From: an uncultured bacterium | Lineage (GTDB): Bacteria > Patescibacteriota > Minisyncoccia > Phycocordibacterales > CAIRYW01 | Direction of reading: 5' to 3' | DNA length: 64,000 nt | Assembly (NCBI GenBank): GCA_963766885.1 | Contig: CAVYBO010000002.1 | Span: forward strand, 22,014 to 86,013 | Part shown: positions 57,161 to 64,000 of the stretch, piece after piece | Layout: each line of letters starts with the position of its first letter | Numbering within the stretch: position 1 is the first letter of the stretch | Translations under genes and position numbers: made by a program | The notes under the pieces: model-generated | Told to the model about the DNA's origin: nothing | The model's database searches: none | Seen by the model: the letters and a program-made list of their open reading frames with translations, nothing else

Positions 57161-57598
57161 TTAATTTGATGTTATAATTTTTTTTCCTTGCGGTGTTGTC
57201 CAATCGGTAAATCTCCACCAATTAGGTGTAAATTTAAAGAATACAAACTTAGGATCTTTTGACTTTTCTTTTTTCTCTGGAAATTTTCCAAGATAAACGG
57301 AATCAAAGGTATCTTTTTCATCGTTTTTCAAAAGTTCTACAATTCCATCAAGTTGGAGGGTTTTCATATTATTTTCGTCAGAGCCTATCACAAAAGAAGC
57401 TCTGGCTTTTTCTCTGCCAAACAAAGCTTCTGCTTTACGATATTCACGATATGTTTCAAAGTAAAATACAAAAGGATTTTCTGTATGAGCAAAATGAACT
57501 GTTGCGGCATGTGGAGAACCATCAAGCATTTCCACTGCTATAACTCCAACACGCTGTGTTTTAACATACTTTAGTACCTCATCTGGTGTCTTAATCAT
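57161..57598 (-). CDS. pyridoxamine 5'-phosphate oxidase-like FMN-binding split-barrel protein
   Basis: 145 aa; VGVIAVEMLDGSPHAATVHFA... PNPOx-like pattern. Confidence 0.55.
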   Translation of the reverse strand: MIKTPDEVLKYVKTQRVGVIAVEMLDGSPHAATVHFAHTENPFVFYFETYREYRKAEALFGREKARASFVIGSDENNMKTLQLDGIVELLKNDEKDTFDSVYLGKFPEKKEKSKDPKFVFFKFTPNWWRFTDWTTPQGKKIITSN

Positions 57599-57641
57599 TA
57601 ATTAATTATAACAAAAATCCCTCTTTCGAGGGATTTGGAGA

Positions 57642-58061
57642 TTAACGTTTACTCCACTGAGGAGCCTTGCGGGCTTTTTTGAGACCGAATTTACGTCGTT
57701 CTTTTGCGCGAGCGTCTCGGCGAAGCATCCCCTCTTTCTTTAGAGTTCCTCTTACGTTTGGAGTTTCTTTAACCAAGGCTCTGGCGATACCAAGCATCAC
57801 AGCTTCTGCTTGAGAATTCATTCCTCCGCCAGAAACCTGCACAGATACAGAGATTTTGCTTTCAAGTTTTTTGATAGGACTTTCAACACTGTGCTGATGC
57901 TCTTTGACAGGAAAATATTCAGCAAGCGGTCTGTTGTTGATTATAATTCCGCCTTTTTCCTTGGAAATGCGGACTCTTGCGATTGAAGTTTTTCTTCTTC
58001 CAACAGCTTCAATGTAAGTCCCTTTTTCGCCATGAGTTTTTGTTGTAATTTTTGTAGGCAT
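57642..58061 (-). CDS. rpsI: 30S ribosomal protein S9
   Basis: C-terminal RRDARAKERRKFGLKKARKAPQWSKR. Confidence 0.9.
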   Translation of the reverse strand: MPTKITTKTHGEKGTYIEAVGRRKTSIARVRISKEKGGIIINNRPLAEYFPVKEHQHSVESPIKKLESKISVSVQVSGGGMNSQAEAVMLGIARALVKETPNVRGTLKKEGMLRRDARAKERRKFGLKKARKAPQWSKR

Positions 58062-58073
58062 ATTTTTTCCCTT

Positions 58074-58418
58074 TTAATCCTGGATTTTTAAATTCTTAAT
58101 CATTAGTGAACGCAATTTGTTTTTTGGGAGCATTCCATAAACGGCTTTTTTCAAGACTTCAGATACGCCTTTATTAGTTTTTACAGTTTCCAAAGTTTCG
58201 ACTTTAAGTCCTCCAGGATAGCCAGAATACCTTTTGTATGTTTTTTCTTTAGACTTTTTTTCTGTTATAGAAAGTTTTGAAGCATTTTCAATTGATACGG
58301 AAACCACAGAAACCTTATTTCTTGCAAAATCTGATTTTGCCTTTCCCATCAAAAGTGCCGCGGCTTCGCTTGCCACCCTGCCTATCTTTTTATTTGTTGC
58401 GTCTATTGTGTATTTCAT
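58074..58418 (-). CDS. rplM: 50S ribosomal protein L13
   Basis: 114 aa L13 pattern (GRVASEAA, VYGMLPKNKL). Confidence 0.9.
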   Translation of the reverse strand: MKYTIDATNKKIGRVASEAAALLMGKAKSDFARNKVSVVSVSIENASKLSITEKKSKEKTYKRYSGYPGGLKVETLETVKTNKGVSEVLKKAVYGMLPKNKLRSLMIKNLKIQD

Positions 58419-58435
58419 CAGTTTAGTTCTACTTG

Positions 58436-58792
58436 TTATAGTCCTACAAATTCAATTTTCGCCATTGGGGCTGCATCCCCCATTCTTTTTGGAAGTTTGA
58501 TAATTCTGGTATAGCCGCCCTTTCTTTCTGATAGCTTCATTGCGATTTCTTCTGTTAATTTTTTAACGACAATTTTATTTGAAAAATTTGATTCAAGGAC
58601 TTTCTTTGAAGCAATGTCATTTTTGATTGCTTTTGTAACCATCTTTTCTATGAAAGGTCTAAGCGCCTTTGCCTTCGGTTCTGTTGTTTTGATTGATTTC
58701 TGGTCAATTAAGGCAACTGCCAGGCTTTTGAATAAAGCATTCCTGACATTTCTTTTCCTATTGAATTTTTTGTTTTTACTACCGTGTCTCAT
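58436..58792 (-). CDS. rplQ: 50S ribosomal protein L17
   Basis: MRHGSKNKKFNRKRNVRNALFKSL. Confidence 0.9.
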   Translation of the reverse strand: MRHGSKNKKFNRKRNVRNALFKSLAVALIDQKSIKTTEPKAKALRPFIEKMVTKAIKNDIASKKVLESNFSNKIVVKKLTEEIAMKLSERKGGYTRIIKLPKRMGDAAPMAKIEFVGL

Positions 58793-58796
58793 TTTA

Positions 58797-59741
58797 TTAT
58801 TTTAAATCCATACCGAGTCCTTTTAAAATAGTTTTTATTTCTTTTATTCCTTTTGTGCCTAACCCGTCAATTTCTGATAAATCCTTTTCTTTTTTTCTGG
58901 CCAAGCCGCCCACGGTTCGAATGTTTGCTCCGATTAATGCATTTATTGTTCTCTGCGACATATCTGCAGACTCAATTCTTGTTTTCATTATTTCATCCAT
59001 TTCTTCCTTATTAACTGATTTTTCTTCAGGTTTTGTTTCTTCTTCTTTTTCTTCAACAAATCCGACAATAGCCTTCAATTGTTCGATCATAATTCGGATT
59101 GAATTCTCAAGGGCCTCTTTTGGAGAGATTGTTCCATCTGTTTCAATAAAAATTCTGAGTTTATTAAAGTCGGTGCGATTACCAACTCGCATGTTTTCCA
59201 CATCATATCCTACTCTTCTAATAGGGCTAAATATTGCATCCATAGCGATTGTTCCGATATCAACTCTTTCCTTTTGGACTGCTTCTTTTGGAAGGTACCC
59301 GAGGCCTTTTTCAACTCTGATTTCAATGTCAAGATCAGTTCCTTTTTCGGTGATTTCAGCAATGTGCAGGTCGCCATTTATGATTTCAATCTGTCCTGGA
59401 ATTTTGATATCGGAAGCTTTGATTTTTTTCTCACCGGAAACTTTAAGGGTCAAGCTTTGGGGTTCATCAGTGAGCATTTTCATTCTTAATTTTTTAAGAT
59501 TCAGAATTATTGTTATTACATCCTCCTTAACACCCTTGATGGTTGAAAATTCATGATTAACTCCTTTGATCTTAATTGAAGTTATTGCCGCTCCCTCGAT
59601 TGATGAAATGATAATTCTTCGAAGTGAGTTGCCTAAAGTATGTCCGTATCCCGGATATAGACCGTCAATTTCATAGGTACCAGAAATAGCATCTTCCTTG
59701 ATGATTTTTGGTTTTGATGGGATTAGGATTTTTGTGTTCAT
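58797..59741 (-). CDS. rpoA: DNA-directed RNA polymerase subunit alpha
   Basis: 314 aa; GHTLGNSLRRI, alpha NTD and CTD. Confidence 0.9.
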   Translation of the reverse strand: MNTKILIPSKPKIIKEDAISGTYEIDGLYPGYGHTLGNSLRRIIISSIEGAAITSIKIKGVNHEFSTIKGVKEDVITIILNLKKLRMKMLTDEPQSLTLKVSGEKKIKASDIKIPGQIEIINGDLHIAEITEKGTDLDIEIRVEKGLGYLPKEAVQKERVDIGTIAMDAIFSPIRRVGYDVENMRVGNRTDFNKLRIFIETDGTISPKEALENSIRIMIEQLKAIVGFVEEKEEETKPEEKSVNKEEMDEIMKTRIESADMSQRTINALIGANIRTVGGLARKKEKDLSEIDGLGTKGIKEIKTILKGLGMDLK

Positions 59742-59801
59742 ATTTTTATATTTTAGACGAATTTATAAAGTGTTAATAAAATTAATCAAATAAGAATTAA
59801 A

Positions 59802-60401
59802 CTATCTTCTGTAATATTCAAATACGGCTGACAAATCGTAAAATTCCTGGACAGGATCATAATGCGGAATACCATCCACAGAAACTCGTTTGCTTTTTCC
59901 GTCAATCTTGAGCCACGGTTGTTTAGCGGTTTCCTTAATTCTTTCTTCAATATTTATAAATGTGGATTTTTCAGAGCTCTCTTTTCTTATTGAAATAACA
60001 TCACCTGTTGAAACCCTAAAAGATGGAATGTTTACTTTTTTGTTATTAACTTTGATGTGTCCGTGAGACACAAACTGTCTTGCCTGTTGTCTTGTAGAAG
60101 CAAGTCCTGATCTATAAACTGTGTTATCCAACCTAGACTCTAAGGCTTCGTATAAACTCTGATTTTGGTCCTTGCCTTTTTTTAAAACATTTTTGACATA
60201 ATTTTTGAACTGCTTGTCGCTTATACCGTATGTAAATCTTACTTTTTGTTTTTCAATAAGCTGCGCTCCATATCCGCTTCTTGGTCTTGAAAACTTAACT
60301 ATCCTTCTTTCTGCACGCGCTTGGTATTTTGGAGTTTGAGTTTTATCAAACACTCCGGCTCCAAGTCTTCTTGCTATTTTGTATTTTGGTCCAATTTTCA
60401 T
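59802..60401 (-). CDS. rpsD: 30S ribosomal protein S4
   Basis: 199 aa S4 pattern, S4 RNA-binding domain. Confidence 0.9.
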   Translation of the reverse strand: MKIGPKYKIARRLGAGVFDKTQTPKYQARAERRIVKFSRPRSGYGAQLIEKQKVRFTYGISDKQFKNYVKNVLKKGKDQNQSLYEALESRLDNTVYRSGLASTRQQARQFVSHGHIKVNNKKVNIPSFRVSTGDVISIRKESSEKSTFINIEERIKETAKQPWLKIDGKSKRVSVDGIPHYDPVQEFYDLSAVFEYYRR

Positions 60402-60418
60402 ATATTTTTATACTCGCT

Positions 60419-60850
60419 TTATACTCTTCGGGGTTTAGCCGGTCTTGGTCCGTTATGAGGCACAGGTGTCATGTCTTTGATGGCAGAAATTTCAAAGGGG
60501 CCTTTTGATATAAAGCCCCTGATTGATGATTCTCTTCCAGATCCTACTCCTTTGACAACAACTGTTACCTGCTTCATTCCCATTGCCTGCGCCTTTTCGC
60601 CGATAACTTCTCCAACTTTTGCCGCTGCAAACGGTGTACCTTTCTTTGCTCCTTTAAATCCCATATTTCCGCTTGTGCCCCAAGCTAGGGTGTTCCCTTT
60701 TCCGTCAGACAGGGTAAGAATAGTGTTGTTGTATGTCGATTGAATATTTAAAATGCCAATATCAGCTCGTTTTTTAGATAAAGCAGAAGAAGGCTGTTTT
60801 GAGCCGTCCTTTGAATTTGATTCGTTTTTTACAATTCGTTTTTTGCCCAT
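60419..60850 (-). CDS. rpsK: 30S ribosomal protein S11
   Basis: 143 aa S11 pattern (GTPFAAAKV). Confidence 0.9.
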   Translation of the reverse strand: MGKKRIVKNESNSKDGSKQPSSALSKKRADIGILNIQSTYNNTILTLSDGKGNTLAWGTSGNMGFKGAKKGTPFAAAKVGEVIGEKAQAMGMKQVTVVVKGVGSGRESSIRGFISKGPFEISAIKDMTPVPHNGPRPAKPRRV

Positions 60851-60871
60851 ATTAAATTTATTTCTACTATT

Positions 60872-61249
60872 TTACTTTTTATCAGCCTTTTTTCTGCCGC
60901 TACCCATGGTTTTCTTTGGTCCTTTGAGCGTTCTAGCGTTTGTTTTAGTACGCTGACCTCTGACAGGCAGTCTTCTTGTGTGTCTTACACCTCTGTAACA
61001 TTTGATTTCTTTCAAGCGTTTTATATTTCCGGAAACCTCTCTGCGAAGATCACCTTCAAGTTTGTATAATTCAACAGCTTTTCGGACTTTGTTTTCCTCG
61101 TCAGTGGTTATTTCTCCTGGTTTTTTTGAATGTTCAATGCCAGAGCTTGAAAGTATTGCTTGGGCTCTCGGTCTTCCAATGCCGTATATAGCTGTAAGAG
61201 CGATGTCAATTCTTTTATTATCTGGTATTGTTATGCCTAAAATTCTCAT
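60872..61249 (-). CDS. rpsM: 30S ribosomal protein S13
   Basis: MRILGITIPDNKRIDIALTAIYGIG. Confidence 0.9.
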   Translation of the reverse strand: MRILGITIPDNKRIDIALTAIYGIGRPRAQAILSSSGIEHSKKPGEITTDEENKVRKAVELYKLEGDLRREVSGNIKRLKEIKCYRGVRHTRRLPVRGQRTKTNARTLKGPKKTMGSGRKKADKK

Positions 61250-61272
61250 TTTGTTATTTATTTACCATGTTT

Positions 61273-61389
61273 TTACCCTTGTCTTTGGTTATGCCTTTTG
61301 TCTGCTTTGCACACGACTCTTACAACACCGTTTCTTCTAACGACGATGCATTTCGGGCACATTTTTTTTACAGATGCTTTGACTTTCAT
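61273..61389 (-). CDS. rpmJ: 50S ribosomal protein L36
   Basis: Manual translation [38 protein letters not shown] (38 aa); not in the ORF track because shorter than 60 aa. Confidence 0.85.
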   Translation of the reverse strand: MKVKASVKKMCPKCIVVRRNGVVRVVCKADKRHNQRQG

Positions 61390-61447
61390 AAAAATAAAAA
61401 GTAAGCACAAATATACCAGAATAGCCTTTTAAAGTCAAAGGTTTTTG

Positions 61448-61660
61448 CTAGTATCTTCGCACTATCCTTGCTTTGCCGCCATATGGATCCATAACAAGAT
61501 CTACCTTGTCCCCAATCAACACCTTGATCCTATTAAGCCTCATTTTGCCGGCAAGATACGCTAAGATTATTTCTCCTCCCTCAAGCTCGACTCTGAAAAG
61601 CGTGTCAGGTAGTGCCTCTACGACAGTCCCTGGTGTAATCTCTTTGTCTTTATTGCTCAT
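61448..61660 (-). CDS. infA: translation initiation factor IF-1
   Basis: 70 aa; S1-like OB fold, GKMRLNRIKVLIGDKV. Confidence 0.9.
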   Translation of the reverse strand: MSNKDKEITPGTVVEALPDTLFRVELEGGEIILAYLAGKMRLNRIKVLIGDKVDLVMDPYGGKARIVRRY

Positions 61661-61706
61661 GAAATGGATTAAAACATTCTACACCAATTTTGATTATAGG
61701 GCAAAT

Positions 61707-62978
61707 CTATTTTATATTAATACTTATTTTACTGCTGTCATCTGGGATTTTAAGTTTCCAAATCGGTGTCAAGTTGATGCGCACAGTATCAACTCCAGGA
61801 ATATTTTGCACTGCTTGAAGCGCATCTTCTTTAGATTTACCCAAGGCGGCTTTTAAAACATCTGCTGGATTTATCGCGGCATCAATAGTCAAGCTGCCAT
61901 TCAAATCCATTGTAAGAGTGCTTGAGGCTTCGTTGTAAGATATTGTCTTTAGGTTTGAACTTAAAACTTTTACATCAGAATTTGAGAAAGGGTCATTTTG
62001 CGTTTCAGAAGATATGCTTTCAAAAATACTTTTAGCGTCCAAAGCGTAGGCTGTGATTGTTCCAGACATCTCTAAGTTTAGGCCGTCGGTGCTGGTGGCG
62101 GAAGTGCTGGTTGAAAAGTTTATTTGGTATGCTCCGTCGGGAATAACAAATTTTCCAGGAAGTTGTTTTGAAATTTTACTGGTCAAATCCGTTGCAATTT
62201 TGTTTTCAAGATTGGTTGATGCTGAATTCATTGAATCTGAGTCAACAACCGGCACAGTTCCGATTTCTCCTCCGGCAAGCGGCGTTTTGGATCTTGCGTA
62301 AATCTCAGTGTATTTGGATGTTCCCTTGAACGCCACAACATTCAGATCTATCAGTCCTTCATTATATTTGCTTCCCGGCTGATCTGCTGTTACGGCTGCT
62401 GTAATGCTTCCTGGAATGGTTTTTCCTCCGCTTATTGTTCTTGCCGGAACTGTTACTTCTGAATTTAATCTGAATATCAAGCCGTCAGAATCTGAATTCT
62501 CAAATCGAGTTGTTTTGATTAGTGTTTGCGATGAACTAGTGTTGTTATAAATAACAATTTGCCCTGAAGCGCTGGTTGAAACTTCTTTTTGGCTGGTTCC
62601 GGGAATAAATGTGCCGTTTTGTTCTGATAAAGTTACTACGGAATATCCGATTTCTCCTGTGCCGGGATTTTGTTTTGCTGTAATATTTTGCGGAACATCA
62701 AAAGTTACCTGCTTTGTTCCGACATCAATTGACGCATTGCCAAATACAGCAGTAACAACAAAAAATAAAACAATGACAGCAATTGTGGCTATTATCCAAA
62801 TGGACTTTATATGCTTTTTAGGATTATCCGGAAATTCTCTGTCGTTTTCAAATTTTTTTATAGGAATTTCGATGTCCTCACTTTTTGGTTTGCGAGGCTC
62901 AATGCGCGGTGGTATCGGAATGTTTCTAATTGTTCGGAGCTCTTTTTTTGGGACTATGTCTCTAATTTCTTTTTTCAT
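61707..62978 (-). CDS. membrane-anchored hypothetical protein with S/T-rich extracytoplasmic domain
   Basis: 423 aa; about 60-aa basic cytoplasmic N-term, one TM, S/T/N-rich beta-type ectodomain. Confidence 0.45.
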   Translation of the reverse strand: MKKEIRDIVPKKELRTIRNIPIPPRIEPRKPKSEDIEIPIKKFENDREFPDNPKKHIKSIWIIATIAVIVLFFVVTAVFGNASIDVGTKQVTFDVPQNITAKQNPGTGEIGYSVVTLSEQNGTFIPGTSQKEVSTSASGQIVIYNNTSSSQTLIKTTRFENSDSDGLIFRLNSEVTVPARTISGGKTIPGSITAAVTADQPGSKYNEGLIDLNVVAFKGTSKYTEIYARSKTPLAGGEIGTVPVVDSDSMNSASTNLENKIATDLTSKISKQLPGKFVIPDGAYQINFSTSTSATSTDGLNLEMSGTITAYALDAKSIFESISSETQNDPFSNSDVKVLSSNLKTISYNEASSTLTMDLNGSLTIDAAINPADVLKAALGKSKEDALQAVQNIPGVDTVRINLTPIWKLKIPDDSSKISINIK

Positions 62979-64000
62979 TTCAAAATGTTACCCATATTAT
63001 AAACCCAAAAATCGTTTTTGATAAATACCTGAACAAAGTCTTTGGTGCCATTTCTGTTGATATAAGGATCATTCAAAATTCCAAGCCAAATCTTCTGTTC
63101 TTCTGCTGGCGCAATAACTGCCACCGAATCAATATTTCTTGAAGTTTCCTTTAAGCATTCAAAAAAGCCGTCTTTAATGATTTTTACAACAAATGACTTA
63201 GCCTGATCTAATATTTTTTCAATTTCCTGCTTTTTGCTTTCTTCCAAATGTCCTTCTAAGAACATTTTTATCATTGATTCCGCAGAATTGGAATCCTTTA
63301 TTTTGTTATTTTCCAAAAGAGTTCGCAGAAAGTAGTTTTTTCCAACTGGCGCGGATAACGATTTAATGACAGTTCTCTTTTCGATTAGGCAAATATCGGT
63401 GATTTCATCCTCAGGAATTAAAAGTATAAATTGCTCAGCAGAAATTTTGTCTGCAATGGTCTGCGCGCAAAGCGTAGGCAACGTGGTAAAAGTATTTGGC
63501 AAGAAAAAGAAACTTTCCAATTCCTTTTTGATTTTTGAAATAAATATAGGATCAACCAGATTGAATATTGCTTCGGCGGATATCACAGAGGCCTTTTTGC
63601 CAGAAAGAGCTTTGATTTTGTAGCCATTGGCTTTGATCCAAATCAGCTGCTTTTCGATAACTTGGAGGTTTGGGTTAAGTTTGGAGTTTTCTTTTTCAAG
63701 CTCGGCTATTATTTCTGAGTCGTTAATGAATGAAGATTTGTTTTTCTTGATTCTTATTTCAATATTTGAAGATGTGTACCAAGCAGCTCCGATAACAAAC
63801 ACTATTTTTTCAGGGTGAAAATTATTTTGGTTACAAGCAGAAGAAATCTCAGGTAATAATTTTCGGAGCGTTTTGAAAAATTCTTTTTCTAATTCCTTCG
63901 AATTCGGCTCACTGATAAAATCAAAATCTTTCTCTGTATAAAAAATAAGTTTTGGTTCACGACGCGCTCGGACATCCAAAACAGCGGCCTTGATATGCCC
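62975..64000 (-). CDS. hypothetical protein (N-terminus probably beyond window end)
   Basis: 334+ aa ORF; the reading frame stays open to 64000. Confidence 0.35.
   Translation of the reverse strand, partial: GHIKAAVLDVRARREPKLIFYTEKDFDFISEPNSKELEKEFFKTLRKLLPEISSACNQNNFHPEKIVFVIGAAWYTSSNIEIRIKKNKSSFINDSEIIAELEKENSKLNPNLQVIEKQLIWIKANGYKIKALSGKKASVISAEAIFNLVDPIFISKIKKELESFFFLPNTFTTLPTLCAQTIADKISAEQFILLIPEDEITDICLIEKRTVIKSLSAPVGKNYFLRTLLENNKIKDSNSAESMIKMFLEGHLEESKKQEIEKILDQAKSFVVKIIKDGFFECLKETSRNIDSVAVIAPAEEQKIWLGILNDPYINRNGTKDFVQVFIKNDFWVYNMGNILK

Noticed and set aside
1-64000. CRISPR arrays, rRNA genes, restriction-modification or phage-defence cassettes, reverse transcriptases
   Set aside because: Scanned for regularly spaced direct repeats, rRNA-like conserved stretches and hallmark protein motifs; none found in this window.

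Overview
This is a low-GC (about 35%), gene-dense bacterial segment. The gene content (short proteins, archaeal-type ProRS/AspRS, long polycistrons) suggests a reduced-genome bacterium, possibly Patescibacteria/CPR. That lineage assignment is an inference from the sequence alone. From left to right the window contains: murA (partial), an MreB paralog, holB, frr, rseP, proS, and a canonical mreB-mreC-mreD-PBP2 operon. Then greA and lysS, followed by the first half of the dcw cluster (mraZ-rsmH-ftsL-ftsI-murF). A foreign-looking island sits between murF and tRNA-Glu: a GC-rich PEP-CTERM protein, an IS481-family transposase, a GC-rich ORF-free structured RNA candidate and att-like direct repeats. 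The remaining + strand genes are a frameshifted glyoxalase-family gene, rmuC, rplU, a nucleotidyltransferase, a GC-rich pyrF-pyrE pair, ctpA and rplI. The rest of the window is a long minus-strand run of housekeeping genes. It includes rpmA, gltX, the second, inverted half of the dcw cluster (mraY-ftsW-murG) and scpAB. Then aspS, trpS, an orphan multi-TM histidine kinase, and an uncharacterised operon described below. It ends with dnaK-dnaJ-grpE, the rpsI-rplM-rplQ-rpoA-rpsD-rpsK-rpsM-rpmJ-infA ribosomal block and two hypothetical proteins. The most system-like unknown is the tightly coupled minus-strand operon at 45956-53091: tandem nitroreductase-like protein, E1/ThiF-like protein, HisC-like aminotransferase, PaaK-like adenylating enzyme, HIT protein and ABC exporter. 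Other notable signals are several GC-rich (about 50%+) patches suggesting horizontal acquisition or chimerism, and two GC-rich ORF-free regions flanked by intrinsic terminators that are candidate structured ncRNAs. There are also two single-base homopolymer frameshifts (proS and the VOC gene), a 22-bp perfect inverted repeat between rplU and recR, and MraZ-box direct repeats upstream of mraZ. No CRISPR array and no rRNA were seen.
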